IMG/VR virus record: IMGVR_UViG_3300020120_000303
DNA: 64,000 nt
Source: an uncultured virus (IMG/VR IMGVR_UViG_3300020120_000303)
Taxonomy: Duplodnaviria > Heunggongvirae > Uroviricota > Caudoviricetes
Reading direction: 5' to 3' (one strand)
Positions 38,335 through 46,337 of this stretch are shown piece after piece. A program made the translations under genes and the position numbers. The notes beneath the pieces were generated by a model that saw nothing but the letters and a program-made list of their open reading frames with translations, had not been told where the DNA came from and made no database searches. Position 1 is the stretch's first letter; the number at the start of each line of letters is the position of its first letter.

Positions 38335-39110
38335 CGCAGCGTGGTTTTCCTGTTCATTGTCGCGCGCGCGGCCGCGAAAGCATCCTGCGCCTGCACCTCG
38401 ATCTGCCTGACCCGCTCGTGGCTGATGCCCAGGTTCTTGGCCGTCTCCGAGAGCGACGAGACGCCGGCTGCGGCGAGGTCGAGCGAGCAGGTGTGCTTCA
38501 TGTCCTCGAGCGCAACGCCTGGGTGGTTGAGCCGGATCGCGCCGCTGGTCGCGTGCACTTCGAGGAACAGGTGGTGCCGGCAGCTGACCCAGGGGCAGGG
38601 GCGGATCCCGCCTTCGCATTCCTCGCGGCTCTGCGGCCGCGGGTTCTCCGCGAAGAGCGCGCGCAGTTGCAGCGGCGTCAGCTCGCCATCGCTGATCCCG
38701 TCGAGCGCTGTCTGGCTCTTGGCCGAGACCCGGCCGCGCCGGCCGATCACGGGCAGCTTCACGGTCCGCATCCGCTGCAACGGCGCCGGGCCGATCGCGA
38801 ACGGCAGGAGGGATCCGCGCAACACCAACAGCTGCTCGAGCCGCGCGCGGCGCGGATGGCGGAACAGGAAGGGCGCGCGCGGTCGCCGCGCCGGCAGGGA
38901 CGGATCGCGGTCCTCGCGCCGGATCAACGCCACCGCTGCAGCACCACGTAACCACGGCTGACAAGGCGGCTCGGGCGGCGGCGGGGCCATAGCATGCGGC
39001 CCGACCACCGCCAGCCCCGGGCGTACAGGCACCCACGTCTCAACTGGCTGACTCGCTGGCATCATGGCGTCACCCCCTTTCTCGATACCCATGTGGGTAC
39101 TCGCTGACAT
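38331..39110 (-). CDS. Zn-binding plus sigma70 region-4 HTH protein (transcription regulator)
   Basis: C....RPCPWVSCRHHL...TCSLD then SLSETAKNLGISHERVRQIE; likely start near 39064-39067 after AAAGGGGG. Confidence 0.75.
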   Translation of the reverse strand: MSASTHMGIEKGGDAMMPASQPVETWVPVRPGLAVVGPHAMAPPPPEPPCQPWLRGAAAVALIRREDRDPSLPARRPRAPFLFRHPRRARLEQLLVLRGSLLPFAIGPAPLQRMRTVKLPVIGRRGRVSAKSQTALDGISDGELTPLQLRALFAENPRPQSREECEGGIRPCPWVSCRHHLFLEVHATSGAIRLNHPGVALEDMKHTCSLDLAAAGVSSLSETAKNLGISHERVRQIEVQAQDAFAAARATMNRKTTLR

Positions 39111-39133
39111 GTGGACCTGTTGACTTATTGATT
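39102..39133 (+). repeat. 8-bp repeat array
   Basis: CGCTGACA TGTGGACC TGTTGACT TATTGATT. Confidence 0.6.
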
Positions 39134-39196
39134 GTGAGCTTGCATCCCAAGAAAACTCTACGGCGACGCGCAGGCGCGGCTAGCGGAAAGCGGTGA

Positions 39197-41029
39197 TCAA
39201 CCCCGGCCCCCGGCTGCGGTTGGCTGGGTCTTCGCCTCAAGGCGCTCCACGCGGCCGCCCAGGCGCTGCAGGCGCTGCAGAAGCTCGAGGGCGGGGTCTG
39301 GCGCCGCGGGCGCCGGCTGGCCGACCAGGCGCAAGCCAACGACGCCGGCGCCGGGGGCGTCCGTGAAGCGCGGGGGCCATGCCCCGGCCGGGATGTGGGC
39401 GCGGCGGGGTGGGGCGGGCGGCGGCAGCGGCGCGGCGGGGGCTGGCGCGGGCGGCGCCTGGGCCGCTAGGTACTCGCGCAGGATCCGCGGCAGCGGCTGG
39501 GCGGGGTAGGCGGCACGGAATTCGGCCACCCGCTGGGCCATGACGGCGTTGACCACCGCGGCGATCGCGGGATCAGCCGGTGCGTGATACCCGAGGCCGG
39601 CGCAGTTGCGGTCCTTGCGGAAGTCGGTCCAGTCGAGTGCCCGCTGCCGGGCGGCCTCCTCGCGGCTGGGCGCGGCTGCGCGTTCGGCGCGCTCGGCCTC
39701 GATGGCGCGGGCGGTGCGCGCCGACGATGCGGCCAGCGCATTGGCGCGCGCCTGCTTTTCACGCTCGCGCCGCTCGGCTTCGAAATCGCGGGCCGCGCCG
39801 CGCGCCGCTGGCTTCTCGGCGTCGGGGTTGGCGGGCTTGGGGTCGGACCACTGGCGCTTGTGGAGGTAGCGCTCGAAGTAGGGGACGCCGATGCCGTCCG
39901 CCCAATGTGTGGGGACCTTCCAGGCGAGGTGTTCCATCACGCGGTCGAACAGCACCTGCTCGCCCAGCTCGGCGGCCAGCGCCAGCCAGACCCCGTGGGC
40001 TTGGATCTTGGTGCCGCGGTGGTTCGGGTAGGCCGCGAAGGCGGTCTCGAACCGGGCCGGAAAACCCGACGGCGGCATTGGCACGGCCGCTGGCATCCGC
40101 GGCTCCCGGGTGTGCCGCCGCCGGACGGACGCATGGTTGGCTCGGCGGGTCTCGGCTGGGTCCCGGCCTGAAAAAAGCTCGGCCTGACCCCCCCCCGTCC
40201 CCGGGGGGTTAGGGGGGATCTGATCTTCAGATCGTTCGTTCGTTCGATCCCCCGAACGAGAAGTGAATGGTTGCGCTGGGTTAACCGACTTCTCAGTGGG
40301 ACGTCGGTGGGACGTCAGTGGGACGTCAGTGGGACGTCGGTGGGACGTCAGTGGGGAATCGGCGGCCTCGTCTGCAGGCTGCGCGGGTTGGAAACGGGCG
40401 AAGTTTTTGATCTGCAGCCAGGTCGGCCCGGCGCTGGGGTGGGGCACCAAATAGCCGTCTGCCAACAGTTCGCCGACCCAGCCGGCGAGCAGGCCGCGCT
40501 CGCGGATATGACGCTCGCCGCCCCAGGCCAAGCGCTGCATGATCTGGTCGGGATCGGCGTCGATCTCCCCGTCGTCGCCGGCGATGCGCAACAGCTGGTG
40601 CGCGAAGGCCTTGGTCATCATGGGCAGACGAGCGAACGAGGGCGACTCGTGGACGAAGCAGATGCGGAAGGCCCGGTGTGTGCGAATTCCGCCACCCCAT
40701 CCCATGGCCGCTATTTCACTCCACGTGGGAATTTCCAGGCATCCGTCCGTTAGGACGATGAGCCCCGCGGCTTCGAGGCGCGCCAGAGCGTTGCGGATGT
40801 AGCGATCGTCAACCTGGTTGACCCGACCGAGGACGCGGAACAGGTGGCGCTCGGCTTGCCGGAGCAGCGACAAGCCAGCTACGGCCGGAAAGTAGATGCG
40901 GCCCTTGTGGGCGTGCGCGGTCTTCTTCATGAGGTCGAAGACCATTTGCGCGGTGGCGCCGATCTGCGCCTCTTTGCCGGTGGCCGCCCCCCGCTCGATG
41001 CGGATAAAGGGTAGGCGGTCATACCGCAT
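39197..41029 (-). CDS. Replication initiator protein (lambda O/DnaD-like architecture)
   Basis: N-terminal winged-helix-like segments, LQIKNFARFQ, repeat-encoded linker, IPPNPP and F..AYP....K..A...W...YL....W domain. Confidence 0.75.
   Translation of the reverse strand: MRYDRLPFIRIERGAATGKEAQIGATAQMVFDLMKKTAHAHKGRIYFPAVAGLSLLRQAERHLFRVLGRVNQVDDRYIRNALARLEAAGLIVLTDGCLEIPTWSEIAAMGWGGGIRTHRAFRICFVHESPSFARLPMMTKAFAHQLLRIAGDDGEIDADPDQIMQRLAWGGERHIRERGLLAGWVGELLADGYLVPHPSAGPTWLQIKNFARFQPAQPADEAADSPLTSHRRPTDVPLTSHRRPTEKSVNPAQPFTSRSGDRTNERSEDQIPPNPPGTGGGQAELFSGRDPAETRRANHASVRRRHTREPRMPAAVPMPPSGFPARFETAFAAYPNHRGTKIQAHGVWLALAAELGEQVLFDRVMEHLAWKVPTHWADGIGVPYFERYLHKRQWSDPKPANPDAEKPAARGAARDFEAERREREKQARANALAASSARTARAIEAERAERAAAPSREEAARQRALDWTDFRKDRNCAGLGYHAPADPAIAAVVNAVMAQRVAEFRAAYPAQPLPRILREYLAAQAPPAPAPAAPLPPPAPPRRAHIPAGAWPPRFTDAPGAGVVGLRLVGQPAPAAPDPALELLQRLQRLGGRVERLEAKTQPTAAGGRG
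40296..40357 (+). repeat. Iteron-like tandem repeats, 5 x GTGGGACGTC(A/G) plus partial; probable origin
   Basis: Exact 11-bp period inside the initiator gene; next to a cluster of four GATC and CGTT repeats at 40217-40250. Confidence 0.85.
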
Positions 41030-41139
41030 GGACGGGCCTCGATGGCGCCACGCAACAAGCTAATGAAATTGCTTGCTTACGTGACAGTTCACAACCCGGA
41101 AAAATAATATTTCGGGCGAGGCTGTGGTAGCCTCTTTCG

Positions 41140-41609
41140 AGTTCAAGGCGTCGGTGCATAGCGGATCTCTCCCGCGCGTCGGCTTGGGGCGTTAACCCCG
41201 GTTGAGTGCACAGATGCCTGGGCCGCGAGCCCCTCGTCTCGTGCTTCAGGCTGGGCGGCCTGAAGCGCAAAAAAGGGACGAGGGGTTCGCGCCTGGTTCG
41301 TTGCGCTGATCCCCCCGTGCGGCCGGTCAGCACCGGCGCAGTGGTGGTGGTGTCGAGGAATCGGATCGCGATCGGCGGCGCCGCGTGGAACGTCTGAGAT
41401 GCATGGCCGCCGGTCAGATGGCATCGATGCTGACTCCGACCCCTTCCGGGGCTGGTCTATTGGCACAACAGGTGAGAGTGGCTCTATTCGAGCCGTTTCC
41501 CCGATTGCGCTACGGTTGGCGCGAGAGGTTCATCCCGCCGCCGCATCGTCAAGCAAGGTCGCTGACGAGATCAACGTCAAAGCGTTGCCGCTGAAAAAAG
41601 ACGACGGTG
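41140..41609 (+). ncRNA. Putative large structured RNA (~470 nt)
   Basis: Many stems whose mismatches are G-U on the + strand; TG-N-TAGCCT extended -10-like element at 41125-41133; no convincing ORF. Confidence 0.6.
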
Positions 41610-41999
41610 TCAGCGCCGCGTCTGGGTCTTGTTGCGCCTGGCCAGCCAGGCCCGTGCCTCCTTTTCGTGATCGAGCCAAAAGTCGAGTGCGTCGCGCAAC
41701 ACCGCGCTGAGATCGAACTTGTTGGTGTAGCCGAGCTGCTTGCGCTCCCAGGCGTGGTTGTCGAGCGCCTTGCGGTGTCGGTCGGCGATCGAGAAGGACG
41801 TGTAGATCTTCGCCGGCATCGGCTCGAGCTCGGCGCCGTCAGCGGGCGCGGCCTCTTTGCGGGCGCGCTTGGCCCGCGCGCCGGTCGACCCCAGGATGAA
41901 GTCGGGCTCGGTTGCTCGCTTGGCCGCGGCGGCCCCCACGGTCTCTGCCATCTGCTCTGCCGATCGCTTTGCCACGCGCACCCTTTCAGCGGCTCGCAA
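41610..41999 (-). CDS. Ribbon-helix-helix partition protein (ParG/omega-like)
   Basis: Directly after parA; flexible N-terminus then KIYTSFSI-helix-DLSAVLRDALDFWL. Confidence 0.65.
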   Translation of the reverse strand: MRAAERVRVAKRSAEQMAETVGAAAAKRATEPDFILGSTGARAKRARKEAAPADGAELEPMPAKIYTSFSIADRHRKALDNHAWERKQLGYTNKFDLSAVLRDALDFWLDHEKEARAWLARRNKTQTRR

Positions 42000-42753
42000 G
42001 CCGCGCCTTCGTCTCTTTCAAAATCGCCGTGTAGTCCTCGGCCCCCCGCGGGTCGGCGCCGTGGTCGAAGGCGACCGCGCCGGTCTCCGGCAGCTTCTTG
42101 CCCGCGGTCGACAGCCGAACCTCCGCATCGAACAGGCGGGCCGCGCCCAGCTGGCGGACGCTGGCGCGGGTGCCCTCGGTCACACCTTCCCGATCATCGC
42201 CGCCGAAGATGACCGCGCCGGTGATGTCCACCTTCACGCGCGCGCGGGCGCGGATCTGGTCGACCAGCTTGCGGATGTCGACCAGACCGTTGATGCCCAT
42301 AAACCCAGGCAACACCGGTACAAGGACGCTGTCCGAGGCGAAGATCGCGGACTGGGTCAGGAAGGCCACGCCGGGCGGGCAGTCGAACACCACGAGGTCG
42401 AAGACCTTGCGGTGTGGCTTGAGGATCTCGCGCAGCACGGTCTCGCGACCGAAGGTCTGCGACAGCGTCGCCTCCACGGTCTGCAGGCCGTTCGAGGCTC
42501 GGGCCATGTATAGACCGGGCCGGGCCGGGATGGCGTCGATGTGCTCCTGCTCGAGGGCGCCTTCCACCATGGCCTCGGCGATCCCCTTGGGCGCGCGGCC
42601 CCCCAGCAGCCAGGTGCTGGCGTGGGCCCCGTGGTCGAGGTCGACCAGCAGCACGCGCTCGCCCGCAGCGGCGGCGCCAGCAGCGATGTGCACGGAGAGC
42701 GATGTCTTGCCGACCCCGCCCTTGCCGCTGGCCACCGCGATCGAGCGCATCAC
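41986..42753 (-). CDS. parA: ParA/Soj-family partition ATPase
   Basis: SGKGGVGKTS, VLLVDLD and VVFDCPP; no N-terminal HTH (type Ib). Confidence 0.93.
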   Translation of the reverse strand: MMRSIAVASGKGGVGKTSLSVHIAAGAAAAGERVLLVDLDHGAHASTWLLGGRAPKGIAEAMVEGALEQEHIDAIPARPGLYMARASNGLQTVEATLSQTFGRETVLREILKPHRKVFDLVVFDCPPGVAFLTQSAIFASDSVLVPVLPGFMGINGLVDIRKLVDQIRARARVKVDITGAVIFGGDDREGVTEGTRASVRQLGAARLFDAEVRLSTAGKKLPETGAVAFDHGADPRGAEDYTAILKETKARLASR

Positions 42754-42971
42754 TCGTCCTTGGCTTTGGCCGCCTTGGGGCCCTTGCGCCGCTCGGCAGC
42801 TAGCCGCTCGACATCTCCGCGTCTGAAGGCGATGCCGAGGCCCTCGATCGTAACGGGCGTCAGCAGCCCGGTTTTAGCGTAGCGGCGGACGGTCATCGTC
42901 GACATTCTCAGGACGTGCGACGCCGCCGAAGGGCCGAGCAGGTCATCGGGATCTGGCTTCTTCTGGGACAT
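42750..42971 (-). CDS. HTH protein (MerR/excisionase-like)
   Basis: LLGPSAASHVLRMSTMTVRRYAKTGLL...FRRGDVERL. Confidence 0.75.
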   Translation of the reverse strand: MSQKKPDPDDLLGPSAASHVLRMSTMTVRRYAKTGLLTPVTIEGLGIAFRRGDVERLAAERRKGPKAAKAKDE

Positions 42972-43075
42972 GGGTGGCAACGTCGACCCTCCTGGTTTGT
43001 TACGATGTGCACCATGTGCACGGGTGACTAGCGCAGATTTGATCCGCTGCGGCCCGGAGTCAACTTTTCTTCTGC

Positions 43076-43119
43076 CGAAACCTTGAGAGTGGCCCAGGCC
43101 GCGCCGCACGATGGGCCGC
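43076..43119 (+). promoter_or_regulatory. Phage promoter motif (CGAAACC-TTGAGA-N18-CACGAT-N7-ATG)
   Basis: Heads the rightward operon 43120-46117. Confidence 0.65.
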
Positions 43120-43530
43120 ATGCGAACCCCTCAAGCAACGCTCCGCACCCTGCTGGCCCTGGTGGTTCTCTGGTTGGCGCCGCTGGCGCTGGTCCCGGCC
43201 TGCAAGACCACGGGCATCGGCGGCGTCGGCGCGAAAATCGTTGACTGCGCCGAGAAGGCCATCCGCGACAAGGCCATGACCTACCTCGGGAAGGTCAACG
43301 ACATCCTGAGCAACACGGGCGTGACCGACCAGACGGCCGAGTCCCGGCTGATCGACCTCGGGGTCGAGGCGGGCGAGGACGTGATCGGCTGCCTGCTGAC
43401 GGACCAGGCGCCGAAATTCGCCGAGGCCGCGGCGGGCAACCCGACCGATCAGGTGGCCAAGGCGGCGGCGAAGAGATCGCAGACCCGGCTCGAGGAGCTG
43501 CAGGCCGCCGGCTGGCGCTTCACCAAATGA
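43120..43530 (+). CDS. Lipoprotein
   Basis: Hydrophobic signal with lipobox-like LVPAC; helical body with two Cys. Confidence 0.65.
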   Translation: MRTPQATLRTLLALVVLWLAPLALVPACKTTGIGGVGAKIVDCAEKAIRDKAMTYLGKVNDILSNTGVTDQTAESRLIDLGVEAGEDVIGCLLTDQAPKFAEAAAGNPTDQVAKAAAKRSQTRLEELQAAGWRFTK

Positions 43531-43949
43531 CCCTAAACCAGCTGCGCAAACGCGGGATCCAATTGCACTCACCGCAATACCAGGCCGCGCGGCTCGCGAT
43601 CAAAGGGCTCTCGCAGGTGCTGATCGCCAACGAGCTCGGCATCAGCGCAAGCGCGGTGGGCCTGTTGATCGAGGAGGCCGAGGCGGTGCTGGGCGAGAAG
43701 TTGCCACGGACGTCTGGGCTGACGTCGCACGCCCACACGCCCGAGCTGGTCGCGCGCCACCGCCGGCGCCTGGCCAAGAAGGCAGAGATGCCCGACGTCG
43801 ACGTGGCGCCCGGGACGATCGAGACCTGCGGCTTCTGCGGGCTGCGCTGGCACAGCGAGGACTGGCCGAACGGTCAACCACGCTGCGATCTCAAGATCAG
43901 GCGGCTGCACGAGGCGTACATCGGCAGCGCGCTGGGCGCGGAGACCTAG
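43527..43949 (+). CDS. HTH plus Zn-ribbon protein
   Basis: GLSQVLIANELGISASAV; CGFC..H...C. Confidence 0.65.
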   Translation: MTLNQLRKRGIQLHSPQYQAARLAIKGLSQVLIANELGISASAVGLLIEEAEAVLGEKLPRTSGLTSHAHTPELVARHRRRLAKKAEMPDVDVAPGTIETCGFCGLRWHSEDWPNGQPRCDLKIRRLHEAYIGSALGAET

Positions 43950-44192
43950 ATGGCCAGTGTCATGGGCAAGTGCCGCAGCTGCGGCAAGGAGCTGATCTGG
44001 GCGAACACCGCGGCCGGCAAGAAGATGCCGCTCGAGGCCTGCTCGCTCGCCGAGGGCAACCTCAGGATCGATCAACACGGGATCGCCCGCGTGGGCAAGG
44101 TCGGCACCGGGCCGTACCGGTCACATTTCGCAACCTGTCCGAGCGCCGCTGACTGGCGCAAGGGCAACTCGGACGGAGGAGACGCGGCATGA
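43950..44192 (+). CDS. Zn-ribbon phage protein
   Basis: CRSCGKELIW..T..GKKMPL...SHFATCP. Confidence 0.75.
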   Translation: MASVMGKCRSCGKELIWANTAAGKKMPLEACSLAEGNLRIDQHGIARVGKVGTGPYRSHFATCPSAADWRKGNSDGGDAA

Positions 44193-44761
44193 ACATCGAG
44201 CTGAGCATCAACGCCACGATCGCGAAGATCACCCTGCGCGTGCGGCAAAAGGACGACGTTGTCCGCCGCATCTGCAGCGTCGCCTTCGAGCGCGAGTTTG
44301 ACAGCACCATCGCCTCGGCGCTGGGCGAGGACGCCCGCCAGGCGCTCGAGTCGTTGCACACGCACGGCATCACCGAGGTCAAGATCCCGCTCGACGATAT
44401 CCAGGCCCGCTGCAAGCTGACGGCGGGCGAGGGGGCCGACGCCCCGAAGGTCGAGATCATGCACATGCGCGGCATCAAGGCGGTGGGCACGGTCAAGAGC
44501 GGCGACGCGGCCCCGCCGTTGATCCGCCTGCACTTCGAATTCGACTTCGCCGAGGCCCCCTGGGTCTTCGTGGGCCGGCATTGCGCCTCGTGGGTGGACG
44601 CGCAGATCACGGCCCTGCAGGCCGAGCTGCCGCTGACCGCCTCGGCCGAGATGCCCAAGCCCAACGGCAAGGGGAAGCGCAAGGGCAAGAAGGCCGACGA
44701 GGACGGCGAGGGCCACGACGAGGGCGACCGGTACGTGCCGGGCCCGGGCGAGGCGTTCTGA
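44189..44761 (+). CDS. Hypothetical protein
   Basis: GGAGG RBS and ATGA overlap. Confidence 0.65.
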   Translation: MNIELSINATIAKITLRVRQKDDVVRRICSVAFEREFDSTIASALGEDARQALESLHTHGITEVKIPLDDIQARCKLTAGEGADAPKVEIMHMRGIKAVGTVKSGDAAPPLIRLHFEFDFAEAPWVFVGRHCASWVDAQITALQAELPLTASAEMPKPNGKGKRKGKKADEDGEGHDEGDRYVPGPGEAF

Positions 44762-45013
44762 TGGACCCCGTGGCCAAGGTCGGCGCGACTGGAATCGTCG
44801 CTCTGTGGTGCTGGATCAAGTCTCTCGTCTGCAGGGTGGTCGGCCATGAGGAGCGCTCGTTCGTTGTCGGCTCTTGGGCGCTCGGGCCGACTGATCCCGT
44901 ACCACCGCTGCAACCGCTGCTGGCGGATCGTCGAGGTCCCCGTACCACCGCTGCCCGAGAGCGGGCCGTTCCTCGACTGCGCGGCCTACCTGAGATCGAG
45001 GCAGGGCGAGTGA
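44761..45013 (+). pseudogene. Frameshifted small Zn-finger gene
   Basis: LVCRVVGH in one frame and HRCNRCW in the +1 frame, which ends at a GTGA overlap with the next gene. Confidence 0.45.
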
Positions 45014-45234
45014 CCAAGCTCGAAGACTTCCACCTTACCGGCGTCGAGGCCGGCTACGCGCAGGGCCTGCCGCGCAAGCGCCGGCGCGCGCTACTGGCAG
45101 CGTTTCGCCGCAAGAGCTTCAAGGAGCGCGAGGCGGTGGTGGGCAGGATCAAGGCCGAGGCGGCGCGCGAGATCGCCAAGAAGGTCGAGCAAGCACGCTT
45201 TCGCCACAGCATCACAGGAACGGGGGAACCATGA
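45010..45234 (+). CDS. Small basic protein
   Basis: GTG start, MTKLEDFHL...; coupled on both sides. Confidence 0.5.
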   Translation: MTKLEDFHLTGVEAGYAQGLPRKRRRALLAAFRRKSFKEREAVVGRIKAEAAREIAKKVEQARFRHSITGTGEP

Positions 45235-45956
45235 CCGGCGCCACAGTCCCGCACATCGCGGTCGTCTTGCACGTGCTCGACGATCCCGAGCTGACGAAGC
45301 AGGCGGCGCTCTGGACCGAGGCGTGCCGGATCCAGATGGAGAAGCACGTCGCGGTGGCCTGGCAGGGCTTCGCGGCGCCGCCCGGCGTGTTCTTCTACGG
45401 CACCGCCGCGGCCATCCCCAACGACCAGGCGGCCATCGTGGGCATCTTCGCCGACGCAGGCCAGGCCGACGCCGCGGGATACCACTCGATCAGCTCGGAC
45501 CTCGTGTTCGGCGCGGTCGACCTGTCGCGATCGGAGAACCCGTCCCGGACGCTCTCGCACGAATGCTGCGAGATCTTCGGCAACGCCTTTCTCGACGCAT
45601 GGGTGCCAGGGCCCCTGCCAGGGCGCGAGTACGCGCGGGAGCTGTCCGACCCGGTCGAGGCCAACGACTACCAGATCGCGGTCGACATCATGGGCGAGAA
45701 GGCCAGCATCACCGTGGCCGACTTTGTCACGCCGGCCTGGTTCGATCCGAAGCTCACCGGGCTGCACAGCTGGTGCAACTCGGTCGACAAGGCCTTCATG
45801 ATCGCGCCGGGCGGCTACCAGGTCGCGCGCGAGGGCGACAACATCGTGTATCTGCCGGCGCACGGTGAGGCCATCGGCCGCGCCACCATCACGCGCCCCC
45901 TGTCCCGAACGAAGCTGATCTCGGACGGCGTCCGGGTGAAGCGGAAAGGCCCGTGA
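45231..45956 (+). CDS. Putative zincin-like metallopeptidase
   Basis: AAGYH...TLSHECCEIFGN...ELSDPVE...VADFVTPAWF. Confidence 0.6.
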   Translation: MTGATVPHIAVVLHVLDDPELTKQAALWTEACRIQMEKHVAVAWQGFAAPPGVFFYGTAAAIPNDQAAIVGIFADAGQADAAGYHSISSDLVFGAVDLSRSENPSRTLSHECCEIFGNAFLDAWVPGPLPGREYARELSDPVEANDYQIAVDIMGEKASITVADFVTPAWFDPKLTGLHSWCNSVDKAFMIAPGGYQVAREGDNIVYLPAHGEAIGRATITRPLSRTKLISDGVRVKRKGP

Positions 45957-46117
45957 TGCTGAACCTGTTGATCTGCGTGCTGGTCGCTGCCCTGGGCGGG
46001 GTCGCCTACTCGGGCGGCAAGAACAACGAGCTGGTCAAGGAGTACGGCCGCGCCGCGATGGCCGCGGGGCTCGTGGTGGGGCTGGCGGTCGTGGTGTTCG
46101 GGCCGAAGCTGCACTGA
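45956..46117 (+). CDS. Small two-TM membrane protein (53 aa, not in ORF track)
   Basis: MLNLLICVLVAALGGVAYSGGKNNELVKEYGRAAMAAGLVVGLAVVVFGPKLH; TGATG overlap. Confidence 0.6.
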   Translation: MLNLLICVLVAALGGVAYSGGKNNELVKEYGRAAMAAGLVVGLAVVVFGPKLH

Positions 46118-46337
46118 TCACAGCAGGCCTCGCCCGAGGACGTGCACGGGCCGCCGCGATCAGCTTGGTCCGCCCACGGTAGAAGACCTCGAAATACGGC
46201 AGCTGCGCCAGCTCGCGGATGTAGCGGTCGGCCGCCGCCAGTTCGATTCCGGCGGTCCTGGCGATGCTGTGGCGGTCATGCTGCCGGCCGGCCAGGAGGT
46301 CACCCACGACCGTGACCACGCGCCGGATCGTGCTCAC
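46035..46337 (-). CDS. Winged-helix-like protein
   Basis: DRHSIARTAGIELAAADRYIREL. Confidence 0.45.
   Translation of the reverse strand: MSTIRRVVTVVGDLLAGRQHDRHSIARTAGIELAAADRYIRELAQLPYFEVFYRGRTKLIAAARARPRARPAVISAASARTPRPPAPPRAPRPSRRGRTP

Noticed and set aside
38335..39036. N-terminal 233 aa of the 701-aa terminase ORF
   Set aside because: Low-complexity off-frame shadow of the sigma-R4 gene; GTG 38334 gives a normal TerL with a stop/start overlap.
40296..40357. Tandem repeats as a CRISPR mini-array
   Set aside because: 11-bp units with no spacers, inside a coding frame; no cas genes.
41490..41518. GAGCCGT...TACGGTT resembling group II intron domain V
   Set aside because: Too short, the inner part does not form the GNRA-capped upper stem, and there is no interrupted gene or maturase.
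43005..43022. ATGTGCAC direct repeat upstream of the par operon (weak echo at 1860-1880)
   Set aside because: Only two clear copies; a plausible operator but too little support to call.
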